64,000 bases of DNA from Selaginella moellendorffii (GCF_000143415.4 NW_003314340.1:1-64000), one strand, 5' to 3'. Positions 47,449-60,140 are shown, counted from the stretch's first letter. Notes: generated from the sequence alone by a model not told the origin. Made by a program: numbers and translations.

Positions 47449-50400
47449 TTACTTGCACGAAGAGAGGAGAGAGTTCACGACGTGGATGACGAGCCGGAGA
47501 GAGTTTGCGAGCTCGCCGGTAGCGGGTGTGATCATCACTTGGCGATGGAGGTTCTGGTAGAGCTGGTCCAGGAACGCTCTCATGTGTGGCGCTAGAACTG
47601 GATCGCTTGGATTCAATGCCACTGATGCTCCTTGGATCCAAGTTAGCTTGCGAGCGGTGTCTTTGCCGAGATCACAGCCCAGTTGCTGGACGAGCGAGAG
47701 CAGCACCCCTTGGCTCAGTGGAGGTGTCGCGGACGAGAAGACTGTCGCGGGATCCACCTGGAGCGAAAGTGTCTCATTTTCCATGGAAGAGATCGAATGG
47801 AAAAGAGTACCTGGTTGCAAAGCCACGACACGACCGAGACGTCGCTGAGTGAGAGAGCCTTGTTGAAAGCTTCCTCCAGCTTCCCTTGAGATAGTAGCCT
47901 GCTGAGCTCTTTCGTGGGATCCAGCGTCTCTTCGACATGCTGCAAAGAGAGCACCTGTAAGATATCGCAACTTAGTTACCGAGAAAGCGTCTGTTAACGT
48001 AGAGAAACGATCACCTTATCAGGGAGCGTCCCGCTGGCTTGTTTGAGAGGGAACTGATAGCGAGTTTCCGCAAGAGCAGCAAGCTTTCTCTGGCCATCAG
48101 CCAACTCAGACTTGAGTGTTTGAGCCAGGCTATTCACCGAGTCCTGAAAACAGTAACAGGGCAGGGCGTAAGAACATACAGAAATGAGAAGCCGGTTTTA
48201 GACCTGAAGGCTCGATGCTAGAGCATTATGGGATGCGGAAGCTTGCTGCTGTGCATGGCTAGTGTGCTCAGCCATTCCTTTCTGGAAAGCTCCATCAACT
48301 TGTTCAAACATAGCTCTACATGAGCGCTCGAAACTTGGGACAACGGATCCTTCGAAACAGGTCCGCATTGCATCCTGCTCGCACAAGTGCTAAATGAAAA
48401 AAACATCACATTCAAAAGAATACAGCACCTGTAATGCCTGCTTGGCAGTAGTCTGGAATTGAGATTGCAAGTGACGGGCCACAGATGCATCCAGCTTCGT
48501 TGTGACTGCCTTCTCCACATTTGCTACAGCTTTCTCACTCAAGTTCTACACACAAAGCAAAGGTGAGAAGCACGTTGGAACTAAAAGCTTAGGGGGACAA
48601 ACCTGTGAGGATTCAGCCAAAGCAGTCGCTATTGCCTTCTCAACTGATTGAGAAAGCAGCTTAGCAACGGCAGGCCCGACGGCGGCCAGTTCCTTCTTTA
48701 AAATACGCTCCATTGCCGTCGGCACCTCCTTCGTTGAGTTTATGCAGTTTGTCAGCGTGGTTGTCAGCTGCTGAGACCGCTCACGCTCGGCTTTCTCTCG
48801 TTTGACGCTTTCTTCCTGTAGCTTTGCATACATCGCGTCCACATTCGCTTTCAAAATCTTTTCCAGCCGTTGCCCCAGAGATGTCTCCATGCGCTTCACC
48901 TCTTTAGTCATAGGCACAGTTATCATGACCGACAGCTGCTTCTGCAAATCCTTATGCATCGCCAAGAGCTGAAAATACAAACTTAAGAAGATTGAATGAC
49001 AAACAAAAGCCTCAAACCTGGTTAAGAGTGTCTTGCAGACTATCAGAAGGAGAAATCCCGTTCGTTTCCGCCTCAGGAAGAACAGCACTTGATGACGGAA
49101 CTTGTACTGCGGGCGCAACAGCCTTGTTCTTGTTTTTCTTGCCTTTTAAAACCGCTGGAGACTGAGAAGCTGATGCAGCATTTCCTTCCGAGATTTTGGA
49201 GACTTCTTTCAGGTCGCCTAGATCCTCAACAGGCATTCCCACACTTCTTCCGTCGGGGAGTTCGGCCTCATCTGTCCGTTCGGAAAAGGATGGCTGCATC
49301 GATGGTTGCGAGAACTTCTGAATGAGAGCATCTGCTTCAGCTTCAAGTTCCGGATTGCCGCTCTCCAGCGCGTCGATGATCTCATCAGTATTCTCAATGA
49401 AGCCTCGCGCAGTAGAAACCCTTGCCTCATATGTACCTTCGTCATCGCCACCAGCTCTTGCATCAAATTCTTCATCCCCTGTCGTTCCAGCTTTCAAGGG
49501 AACTTCAGTCTTCGAACGAGCAACCATTGACATCAACTCTGATGGCGTAATCAAATGTGGCTGCTTTGACGGCTTTACACCTTCCTTTTTGTCTTCCTTC
49601 TCATCAATTTCCTCACTCCTCTTCGCAGGCTCTGTCACGTCCAAGACGGCATCCGATAAAACAGCTTTATCGATTTGATCTGAAATAACAATAGTCAGTC
49701 GATCACCACATGTCGAAATAAAAGCTACGTACCAGCGTCGGAAGGCACCGCAGCTGCCACCTGACTATAACTATCCTTGGGCTTACTATCGACGTGTCCC
49801 TTGCCTTTCTCCGTAGTCGTAGCAGCGAAATCCTTGTCGATGCTCGGTTTTGGAGTATGCATTGGTGACGTTGCCTGAATGCTTGCTGAGAAACCGGAAT
49901 CAAGTACCGAATCTGGTTTCCCTTCTGCTGGAGGAAGGCACATAAACAAGCTCAGCGAGTATTGCTGAATAGCCTGCGTCTGGACGCAGTATACTTGCAT
50001 GGCCCCGTCACCATCCAGTTGACTGTCGCTGGTAGCCGTAAAGCTCAGAATCGGCATTTTGACAGAAAACTCTGCTAAATAGTCCATCCGGGCCAAAGAC
50101 GCCGTTGTTCCCATCTCGACGTGTATCGCGTAGATAGCATTCCTCTTTGCGTTTGCTAGCAAAATCAGGTTGGCGCGAGGAACTATTATCATCTGGTTGA
50201 AGAAGGCTTCCTCAACCTTCTTTTCGAGAGAGCTTTTCAGCTCCAAAGTTTGTATGCATTTCCAATTCACCGCATCAATAGGAGCCCAAAGCTTCAGGTC
50301 CTTGTTCAGTGGTCCCTACAAACACAGGATCATTAAAAAAACTTATCTCATTAGTTCGAGACATACCGCAGTTAGCAGGACAACTTGGTCTTGACGTCGA

Positions 50401-51946
50401 GGAGAGCTCAAAAATGCAACCGAATTGACGGTCAGTGTGCCGTGGGGATTGAGTACAATCGGTTGATTATCGCCCCAAATACGAACCTGAAAATTTGGAT
50501 GGGAACAAGAATAACAACGTCCTGAACACAAACCGTTCCATCTTTGGACGAAGAAGCAAAACGATGACTTCCGGGATAGACAGCGAGGCCAGTGACTTCG
50601 TCCTCATGGTTGCCGACGACACGAACCCCATCAATGGGGGTTTTCACGTTGCACTGTATCGGCTCTTCAGCTGAAAACGTTGTATTTCTGAACCTAGAGA
50701 GGTCTATAGTCAAAACATACTTTCCAATGCCCACTATCAAAAAGTCCTGCACAATTGGGATCACTTTTAGCCGCGTTTCTCAAACATGAAAGGATACTAA
50801 CCTGGCGTGAGTGCCAACACACGCGTGGTTGAGCAGATTCCCAGTCCCCAACAAAATGGATTGCTGCTAGAATCTGCTCGGTCGGTAAGTTCTTCCCATC
50901 TTCACCAACATCTTCCACTATCCTCCGAGCAAAAACCCGCCCTTCGATGCTTGAACTAAAACAACCACCAAAAGAAACATTCAGTCACCATCATGCGAAT
51001 AGAAGATCGCCATAAATACCTTGCTAGAACATGAGTATCACTAGACAAAAAAGTCATATCCAGTACCCTCTGCAAATCGACGAAAGCGTCAGTCCGGCCT
51101 CTAGAAAAACAAGAGAAAACTTACTTGGGTATGGCCTGCGAAGAGGTTACGTGTCCCAGTGTTAATGTTTAGAATACGAATTTTTCCAGCTCGGAGACCA
51201 TAGCAGATGTAGCTCTTGTTCACGGCAATCTGACGTCCCACCACCAACGCAGGCTCGGAGCTATAAACAGTGATCGTAGAAACTTCGAGCTGAGGCTGTT
51301 CTTCTGTATCACCCCGATTGTCGATATCATACACCGCTCGCTCTCCAGACAAGAATCGTCCCTTTGCTGCTTTTCCCGAGATCCTGCTTTGCGGAGCCAA
51401 ACTACTCACGGGAGGAGCCGAAGGCAAGGCTGGAGCTATCGCTGGAGGAGCCTCGGAGGTTTCAATGGCACTGGGAGCTGTATTGGAAGACGAGGAAGAA
51501 GTAACAGTAGTGGTAGTAGTCACAGCAGCTGGTGGAAGCTCCAAGGACGATGGATGGCTCAAGAGAGGAGCTTCGCTGCGAAGATCTCCCGTGGACTGTG
51601 TGGTGAGGAGAGCCATAAGCCTTGCTCCATCCAAGGGCGGGCTCGACACGGATGGCTGTGAGGAAGATTGTTGGGGCAGTGGAGAGACAATCGATTGGCT
51701 GAAAGGAGCTTGAGGCTGGATGAAAGGAGGAGCTGGGCGAGCGTCCTGGGCGGGATAATGCATGAAAGAGTATGGCGCTGGGAATGGGAAAGAAGGCGCT
51801 GGCGAGGACGATACTGGAGGAGGATAAGTGCTCTGTGGAGGGAAGGGGTAAGGATGATACGGAGAACCTGTGCTGGAAGCCGGTGACGGCGATGAGCTCT
51901 TGAAGAAATTCTGGATGTCAAAGTTTTGAGGAGCGCCCGTCCCCAT
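47449..51946 (-). CDS. VCS: VARICOSE / EDC4 (Ge-1) mRNA decapping scaffold, multi-exon
   Basis: Pro-rich N-terminus with [35 protein letters not shown]40 region, HLITPSE, coiled coil, and C-terminal [16 protein letters not shown]...[11 protein letters not shown]. Confidence 0.93.
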
Positions 51947-52330
51947 CTCTTCAGTCGCTAGAATCCTAGAATCACAGCCGAGGCGAGTAGAATCAACGCG
52001 CGCACTGGAAGAATGCCGCAATGCTTACCGATGATCGAGCGGATCACAGAGCTCCGCGGCCCCGGGCGGCGTCCAGCTTGGAAGCAGCAAGCGATGAAGC
52101 TGGCCCTAACCCTAAAATCTCGCTCCTTGGATACCCATTGTCGCCATAGCCGGATCACGCAAGGACTTCCGTACCCTTCAAAAGTGGAACGCGCCTGGCC
52201 GTCGGATCCTGCTAGTACCGCGTACGGCAAATATCATGACTTTGATATTCCCGATTTGTAGGCATCTTTCTTACGTTTGCGGCGTTATTTAGTTCAACTC
52301 ATAAATGTGGAACATAGGATAGAAATATCC

Positions 52331-54499
52331 ATGCTAGATGCGAACTTTACAAATCTCGTCAAGGATTGCAAGAGCCTCTCTTTGGCAAAATCTCTCCACA
52401 AAAAAATCCTCGAGAGCGAGCGCCGAGACGAACGCTTCCTTTGCAACCTTGTGGTGGGCATGTACGGAAGGTGTGCAAGCTTGGAATCTGCGCAACTCGC
52501 CTTTAACAATATCCGCAATCCCAACAATTTCAGCTGGAACATTCTTCTCACAGGATATGCCCAGAATGGGCATATTGAGAAAGCCAAAGAGATTCTTGAA
52601 ACGATGCCGAATCCCAACACTGTCTCATACACAACGGTCTTAGCTGCCATTTCTTACTATGATAAAATCGAATCTCTTACGAAGTTCTTTGAAAACATAC
52701 CATGCAAGGACATCTTTACGTGGAATGTGATGCTTCACGCATATGCCCGGACGGGGCATATGCTACTTGTTACCGAGACTCTGGAGAGAATGCCCGTGGC
52801 AGACATAGTCTCCTGGGCAATCGTTATTCAAGCTCACGTAGACGAAGATCTTGATCAAGCCATTGTTCTATTTAGTTCGGTTCCAGCAACGGATCTTGTG
52901 TGCTACAACATCGTCATGCAAGCTTGTGTGAAGCACGGCCAGATAGAAAAAGCTCGAGACATCTTTGAATCCATGCCAGAAAGGAACTTGGCATCGTGGA
53001 ACATCATGGTGGGAGCTTACGCATCCAGTGATCATGCAAACTGTGCTGAGGCACAGGCGATATTTGAGCAAATGCCCGCTCGAGAAATTCTCTCGTATAA
53101 TTGCCTCCTTACTTTTTACGTTCACAGCAATGAGATTGGAGTAGCGAGGACGATCTTCGAAAGACTTATGCCCGAGCACGACACGGTCTCGTGGACCATC
53201 CTTCTCACGAAATATGCCCATCTTGGGTATCCAAACATCGCCGAAGAGATGTTTAATAGCATGCCTGTCTACGATGTTTATGCTTGTGATGCAATGCTGG
53301 CTTCTTATTGCCAGGATGAGAACCTTGAGAAAGCGGAACTATTGTTTGCGTCCATGCCGAAGCGAGCCATAGTCTCGTGGAACACACTTCTCGCCGGATA
53401 TGCCCGCAAGGGGCATGCTGCGAAAGCAAAGAAGCTGTTTGACGAGATGCCCGAGAAAGATATTCTGTCGTGCAACTCCTTACTTCTGGCTTACGTTGAA
53501 TCCAAAGAGAAGGTTTTCTTTGATCAAGCCTGGAATTTTTTTCTCACACGGACGCCACACCACGACGTTGTTTCGTGGAACACCCTGATATCGGCCTATG
53601 CCCAAAACGGGTATGTAAAGAGCGCCCGAAACTTATTCGACAGTATGCCACACCGGAACCAAGTGAGCAATAATGCAATGATCTCCGCGTATGGAAGTTT
53701 TGGAACAATCGAGGAAACAAAGCTCTTCTTTGACACAATGCCGGCTTGGGACTCACAGTCATGGAGCGCGATGATGAATGCCTACTCTCGAAATGGACGA
53801 AGCAGCGACGCTATCGATTTCTTCCGAGACTTGTGCTTCTCAGGAATACTTCCGGACGAGCTCAACTTCGCGAGCGCTCTCGAGGCCTGTGCGAGTGTCA
53901 CGGATCTAGCCAATGGCCTCGAGATCTACTACAAGTTTGTGAGCTCGGGACTTCCCTGGGATACAAAAGTTGGCTGTGCTCTCGTCGACATGCTGGGAAA
54001 ATTCGGCCAGTGCGATCTCTCGCGACAGGTTTTCGATCGAGTTTCCCACCGCACTGTGGATTTGTGGGCTGTTTACATGCAAGCTCTTGCTCACAACAGC
54101 AAGAACTTGCTCGCGTTGCAAGCTTTATACGAGATGTACCTCGAAGGTTTGAAGCCGGATCAATCGGTGTTTGTCACCATTCTCTCCGTTTGCAGCCAAG
54201 CGGGATTTGTCTCTCGGGGATTGGAGCTCTTTGCAAGAAATTTTGATGATCTCTCCAGCAGTGAGATCTTTAGCTCTTTGCATTACCACTGCGTGATCGA
54301 CCTTCTGGCAAGAGCTGGGCGGCTGGAAGAAGCCCAAAGATTATTCCAAGCCATGCCTTGCAAGCCGGGCGTGAATGCGTGGTCGGCACTGCTCAATGGT
54401 TGTGGCTTGCATCGCGATCTTGATCCAGCAAGCTTGCGAATTTTGGCGGCAATCCAATGGTCGACATTTAAAGCTGGTCAATCAACGGTCCACATTTGA
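52331..54499 (+). CDS. PLS-class PPR protein, partial E domain, no DYW; divergent from VCS
   Basis: Intronless ORF with first ATG at 52331; MYGRCAS, SS motifs, HYHCVIDLLARAG and WSALLNGC. Confidence 0.9.
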   Translation: MLDANFTNLVKDCKSLSLAKSLHKKILESERRDERFLCNLVVGMYGRCASLESAQLAFNNIRNPNNFSWNILLTGYAQNGHIEKAKEILETMPNPNTVSYTTVLAAISYYDKIESLTKFFENIPCKDIFTWNVMLHAYARTGHMLLVTETLERMPVADIVSWAIVIQAHVDEDLDQAIVLFSSVPATDLVCYNIVMQACVKHGQIEKARDIFESMPERNLASWNIMVGAYASSDHANCAEAQAIFEQMPAREILSYNCLLTFYVHSNEIGVARTIFERLMPEHDTVSWTILLTKYAHLGYPNIAEEMFNSMPVYDVYACDAMLASYCQDENLEKAELLFASMPKRAIVSWNTLLAGYARKGHAAKAKKLFDEMPEKDILSCNSLLLAYVESKEKVFFDQAWNFFLTRTPHHDVVSWNTLISAYAQNGYVKSARNLFDSMPHRNQVSNNAMISAYGSFGTIEETKLFFDTMPAWDSQSWSAMMNAYSRNGRSSDAIDFFRDLCFSGILPDELNFASALEACASVTDLANGLEIYYKFVSSGLPWDTKVGCALVDMLGKFGQCDLSRQVFDRVSHRTVDLWAVYMQALAHNSKNLLALQALYEMYLEGLKPDQSVFVTILSVCSQAGFVSRGLELFARNFDDLSSSEIFSSLHYHCVIDLLARAGRLEEAQRLFQAMPCKPGVNAWSALLNGCGLHRDLDPASLRILAAIQWSTFKAGQSTVHI

Positions 54500-56284
54500 A
54501 TGGATTCACAACCGAGAACGCTCTTCGAGTGGAACGTACTCCTTTCTTCTTGCGCTCGCAGAGGATGCCTCGAGGAGGCAAAGTACGCATTCGATTCTAT
54601 GCCCGCTTGGAGCCCAGTTTCTTGGAATGCCCTTCTCGCAGCTTGCGAGAAGAATGGATCCGTGGACGATGCCAGGAAATTCTTCAACCAGATGCCGTTC
54701 AAGAACCTCATCTCCTGGAATTGTATCCTTTGCTCCTATTCTCAAAAGGGACACCTCGCAGAGGCCGAAGAGATCTTTCATTCCATGCCACAAAGAAACA
54801 TTGCTACGTGGAACACCCTGCTAGCTGCGTATTCCCTCCGAGGTCTCCTAGAGAAAGCTACGCTTGCGTTCGAAGAAATCCCGGAAAGAGATCTTTTCAC
54901 TTGGAACAGCATGCTTAGTACATATGCCCGTGTTGGGGAGTTTTCTCAGGCAAAAAGAGCGTATGAGACAATGCCAGAGAGGGACTTAATCACCATGAAC
55001 GTTTTTCTAAAATTTTTGGTCAACCGACACCTTTTAGAGGAGTCTATAGATTGTTTTTGTTTGATGCCTGAGAGGGATCTTGTGTCGTACACAACATTGC
55101 TCACAGCATATGCCTCGAACAGGCAATTTGATAAAGCGGAAACACTGTTTGCTATCATGCCTCAGCAAAGTATTGTCTCCTGGACGGCCCTTCTTTCGAT
55201 GTTCGTTGAGGCTGGAAAATTTCATCAGTCATTGAAAACGTTTGAATCAATGCCGAAACACGATATAGTTTCAGCAAACGCAATGCTTACTGCGTATGCC
55301 CGGTCTGGGCGCTTTTGGGAGATGAAAACCCTGTACGATAGGATGCCTGTGCGTAACATCGTCTCGTGTAACATTATGCTTGAGTCGTATACGCGATGTA
55401 AAAGCTTAGGGGACGCTCTTTTGTTTCTAGAAACTATTTCTCGCTTAGACTTAGTGTCATGGAATATCGTTCTTGCAGCATATGCCTTAGCCGGGCATAT
55501 TGAGTCTGCAACATGCACATTCGCTCAAATGCCTGCAAAAGACTTAGTGTCGTGGAAAGCTCTTCTTGGTGGCAACATGAGAATTAGCGATTATGCAAGC
55601 ACCATCAAAGTTTTCAATGAGATGCCTGAGCGAGATGCTGGATCATGCACCTACATGCTCACAGCTCACATCCAAGCCCGCCGCCAACCTCTTACAAAGA
55701 AATTCTTCTTCCATGACATGATCGAGCGAGATCTCGTGACATGGAACACTATGCTCAATTGCTACGCACAAAGAGGCCTCCCAGGATCGACCGAGCTCTT
55801 CTTTCACACAATGCCTGAGCGTGACACCATCTCCTGGACGGTTGTGTTACACTCTTACGCAAGCGTCGGCCACCTCGAACGCGTACAGGATATCTTTTCT
55901 AAATTGAAGATGGCGGCCGAGCTTGCGGATGGGATTTGCTTCGTCCTAGTGCTCGCTACGTGCGCACGGCGGGGAAAACTCTACGATGCCCGGTCACTTT
56001 TTACCTCCATGGTAGCTGACTATGGTGTGGAGCACACCGAGCAGCACTATTCTTGCATGGTTGACGCACTTGGCCGGGCTGGTCATTTGCGCGAGGCGCA
56101 AGAACTCTTGAGTAGCATGCCGTTAGTTCCCAGGATCTTGGAGTGGTCGTGTGTTCTTGGAGCCTCCAAGCTCCACTGTGATGGCGACCATGGAAGCTGG
56201 GCAGCTACGGAGGTCCTTTGTTTGGACCCAGGAAACCAAGTAACATATACGATACTTGCTAGCAATTCATTCCCTTTTGGATGA
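54500..56284 (+). CDS. PLS-class PPR protein, E domain, no DYW (PPR-E); ATG immediately follows the upstream TGA
   Basis: Intact 594-aa ORF; junction CAC ATT TGA ATG GAT. Confidence 0.88.
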   Translation: MDSQPRTLFEWNVLLSSCARRGCLEEAKYAFDSMPAWSPVSWNALLAACEKNGSVDDARKFFNQMPFKNLISWNCILCSYSQKGHLAEAEEIFHSMPQRNIATWNTLLAAYSLRGLLEKATLAFEEIPERDLFTWNSMLSTYARVGEFSQAKRAYETMPERDLITMNVFLKFLVNRHLLEESIDCFCLMPERDLVSYTTLLTAYASNRQFDKAETLFAIMPQQSIVSWTALLSMFVEAGKFHQSLKTFESMPKHDIVSANAMLTAYARSGRFWEMKTLYDRMPVRNIVSCNIMLESYTRCKSLGDALLFLETISRLDLVSWNIVLAAYALAGHIESATCTFAQMPAKDLVSWKALLGGNMRISDYASTIKVFNEMPERDAGSCTYMLTAHIQARRQPLTKKFFFHDMIERDLVTWNTMLNCYAQRGLPGSTELFFHTMPERDTISWTVVLHSYASVGHLERVQDIFSKLKMAAELADGICFVLVLATCARRGKLYDARSLFTSMVADYGVEHTEQHYSCMVDALGRAGHLREAQELLSSMPLVPRILEWSCVLGASKLHCDGDHGSWAATEVLCLDPGNQVTYTILASNSFPFG

Positions 56285-56984
56285 GCTTAAAGATTGACAC
56301 AAACGGATGTACTATTGGATCTAAGTGCCGAACTGTTTGGCAATGTGTTTGTCTGCATGGATTGTACATGCACCAAGAGGTTCATCCATAGAACATCGCT
56401 GCATTCCTTGGAGCAATCTCTCGAGCTTTACTCGACAGGTACACATCCTCTTTGATCACGTCAGTGATAAATCCTCATCTCGCAAGTGCAGCTCAGTGGA
56501 AAAGGATTGGCATGATCCTCATGGATCGATATAGAAACTCAAGGTCTCGCTAACCAGATGTGCAACGAAAGTGGATAGATTCTATCCAAGATCATAGTAG
56601 AGCTCCAAAACGTTGTGATGGTGATGTTGGGCACTAGCAATTAGCATGGATGTCGTTTTGCCATTCAAATGCTCAAGTTTAAGCAGCTCATACAGTTTCA
56701 ACCATCGCATGTGATTCAAGCTTACTTCAAAGTATTCAATATCATTTGTGTGGAGGGGCAGTTTGTAAATATCAAAATCTAATTTGGTGCACAGCCATAG
56801 TATGGCAATAAATATATAATTGTGTGTGAAAGCATTATATATTTACACATGTGTGAATTTATTTTTTTTGTTTTGAGTTGCATACAAAAATGTTATGCAC
56901 ACAATAAATTTTCGATTGTTATATAGGCAATCAAAATGTGATTATGTGTATAACATTTTTGTTATAGTTTTTGTCATAGTTTTT

Positions 56985-57070
56985 GGTTAGTTATAACTAA
57001 CCAACTAGTTAGTTAACCAGTTAACCAGTTATAGTTAGTTATAAGTTAGTTATAACTAGTTAGTTAGTCA
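56985..57070. repeat. GTTA/TAAC low-complexity quasi-palindromic repeat
   Basis: gttagttataactaaccaactagttagttaaccagttaaccagttatagttagttataagttagttataactagttagttag; absent from the inverted paralog. Confidence 0.8.
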
Positions 57071-57427
57071 TATTTTTGTCAAACTACCACACAAGACTGA
57101 TACCATATCATCCCAAATAATACGATGTCATTGCAAATCTCAAGGGTTGTACATCAGCAAGTATGCACCATAGGTTTCACACAAGCAATTATACAATGTT
57201 TATGTGAGATAAATATTCTAAAACTCATCTTTTGCATTTACAATATCATGTGAAGATGAAATTCATGAGTGATCTATGGAGTAGTGGGACAAGAAGCACT
57301 ATCACCATAATCAAGTATTGAGTGGGAGCTTCTTATCTTGTCATAACATTATATATTATAATAAAGTGCTTAGTTAGTGCTTTTTTGGTCACAACTGTTA
57401 ACTTTTGTTTCTTCGGCAAGTATGTAA

Positions 57428-59640
57428 TGTGAGACACAAATCCCTAAGCTCCAAAATGGAGCTAAAAGGGTGCCACATAGTAGTGGCCGAAGCAAAAGCC
57501 AAACAAATGTAACACATTTGGACTAAAAAATTTCGATTTGGATAGTCGAAAGTGAGGATAGAACTCCTAACAAAATGCTTAGGGAATGAGCACGAAGCAA
57601 GTAATAAGTGAGTCTCCAAAAAAGGCACTTGAGATGGACTCGAGATAGAGTCTGAGAAGGAGTCCAAAATGCACCCGAAACAGAATCTAAAATGGGACCT
57701 GAGATGGACCCAAAATAGAGTCCAAAATCGAATTCAAGATGGACCCTAGAAGGAGTCCAAGATGAAGTCCGAAATGGACCCAAGATGGAATCTAAGATGG
57801 ACTTGAGATGGAGTCTGAGATGGAGTTTGAGATGAACCCAAGAAGGAGTCCGAGGTAGAGTCTGAGATGGATCTAAGATAGAGTTTGAAATGAACTTGAG
57901 ATAGAGTCCAAGATGGAGTCCAAGATAGAATTGAGACTGAGACTGAAATTGAGTTCGAGTCCAAAATTGAGTTCGAGTCCGAGATTCGAGTTCGAGATCC
58001 AAGGTTCGAGTCCAAGTCCAAGATCTGAGTTCGAGGTCCAAGCTCTAAGTCCAAGTTTGAATACTAATATAAATTGTTGGGTGAAAGCCCAAAGCAATTG
58101 TTCTCCAAGGGGGGCTGTAGGGGGTTCCAAAAATATAGTAAGAAGAGTGTGGGGGTTGGACTTTAGTGGAAATAGTTTGGCTAGGAAAAGCTAGTGTAGC
58201 CTAAGAAGGCTATGATGATATAACCATTGAGAAGTCCAAGGCTAGAGTGAATATGGACAATTAAATGAGGTAGTTTAATGAAGTGTTCAAAAGTCGATTC
58301 TAACTCCCCTGGGAGATCAAATAATCAATGCTCCTAGTCTAGTGGGTAGCACTACCTACTTGGATACTTGGCATGGCTCATCAGAATCTCGCTCTAGCCA
58401 CCTATTTAGGGCATCTAAAGGCAAATGGGAACAATACCCATGAAACTTGCATAGGGCCACAGTGTTATGAAATGTTGTCTTAAAGTCGCAAACTATGGAT
58501 AGAAAGAGGAGCAATCCACTTGTGTGGTGACCAATGATATAGTCATACAACAAAGAAGTTCTAGAGGTCATTGGGACATAGTGGTCGGGCTTGTGGGCCT
58601 TGACCCAGAGACAGTGTTAACAAACATAGTTGTGGATAGAAAGGGACTTGATAGAGACTGAAAAAAGGATATTGGGGAAAGTTATTCCTCAAGATTCAAT
58701 CCAAAATGTATTTTGACTTTCATTGTCCATAAACGGATAAGAGTTGCTATACAACTGAAAGGAAGAATGTACAACAAAAATGGCCATACCAATAAAAAGG
58801 AAGGGAGAATTGGGAGAGATAGAGCAAAGAGAATAAAGTAAACATAACTTCCCTCATTGAACATTTTGGTCCCTAAACAGGAGATGTCTTGTTTCAGAGT
58901 ACTCAATTGTCTCAGTCCATGACCTGGTTTGGGAGGAGTAACCTCTGTTGCATGTGGCCAGAGACAGAGCTGGAATCTCAAGCTGACTTGGAAGCAGACC
59001 CTTCTGAGCTTTAAGCTCGGTATATGCAACACGTTGTGAAGGGTGGGAAACACAATTTATAGGCCACTTTGTTGATCTATTCTTCAAAGAAGTGTGGGTG
59101 CAGTTTTGATTGAGACAATGCCTTGCTCCTCAATGTGTGGTGCTCAGGTCTTAACCTTACATACACCCACTCTCTAAACGTCCGATGTTTGTCCACATAA
59201 TACTTCATCCTCGTCTGGGCTACTTCTAAGCGTTGTTGCACCCTGGAATGCATTGCTTATATTGCTTAGAGGTGATCATCAACTGCTGGGGAAGCTGATG
59301 GTCAGAAGTTGAAAAGTCCTAGGACATCTTGGCCATGAAGTGCCACATATGGTGCCATAAGTGGTGTCTTGTATTGTAAGCATACTCAGCATGTAGAAGC
59401 CATCACAGCCATGAAGTTGGTTTATCCTTGCAGAAAGCCTATAGTGGTGTCTCAAATGTTTGATTTGTGTGCTCAATTTGAGTGTCAGACTAGCACTGCT
59501 GAAACTGAGCGTTGTTCCCAGGCTTCTCCAAGAATTTCCAACGAACTTGGAGCCTCTATTTGAAACGATGTCATTTGGAATACCATGAAAGCGTAGAAAA
59601 AAGCCTTGGCCACCTTGTGAACTGAGAACGTGACTTTGAT
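57428..59640 (-). mobile_element. Degenerate Ty3/gypsy LTR retrotransposon fragment (integrase remnant plus probable 3' LTR with tandem repeats)
   Basis: Minus-strand FHGIPNDIVSNRGSKF..WRSLGTTLSFSS (integrase core) and LHNVLHIPSLK (HxVFHVSxLK-like); starts with TGT at the breakpoint of the inverted duplication. Confidence 0.72.
57630..58060. repeat. Degenerate 6/12-nt tandem repeat (GAGTCCAAGATG / GAGTTC units)
   Basis: Visible periodic gagatggagtct, gagtccaagatg and gagttcgagtcc units. Confidence 0.8.
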
Positions 59641-59927
59641 CCAAAGTTTATTTAGGAATTTTTTTAGGATTAACAAAAATGCTTTATAGATTTTGTAAGA
59701 ATTACCAGTCTTTTAATGTTGATGATACAATATTAAGATATAATTTTTCTATGAGCATTATCACAAGTCTAAAGGCTTTTGGATGTATAATTTCATTTTC
59801 TTGATGTTGTGCATGTTAATTAACTTTGCTACTACTAATTGTTCTTCAAACATTTTATGGTTTTCTTTTGGATTCAGTACAAAAGAAATCAATTTCCAGC
59901 TCTTGGGCTCCTGCCAGACAAAGAAGC

Positions 59928-60140
59928 ATTGCATGCTCCAAAATTCTGCAAAGCTGCATTTTTACACAATCACAAGCTGGAGGAGTCCGATTGTCCCAGT
60001 TCTCCCCATTATGTATGGGATAGAAGTGAATGACCATCACAACACCTGTTTAAAAGCAAATGATTGGAGTAATCTAGATTGTTTATCAGCTCCCAGTAGA
60101 TGGCATAGTGGCCAGGCTGCTCCGACAGGTTTGAGTGAAT
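59928..60140 (-). pseudogene. GH3 last-exon fragment
   Basis: Reverse complement tcactcaaacctgtcggagcagcctggccactatgccatctactgggagctg matches about 40355-40580, with indels. Confidence 0.8.

Noticed and set aside
57630-58060. CRISPR-like array
   Set aside because: Short degenerate tandem units without unique spacers, eukaryotic context, no cas genes.
57523-58194. ORFs of 85-172 aa with repetitive sequence
   Set aside because: Products of the 6/12-nt tandem repeat in the LTR region.
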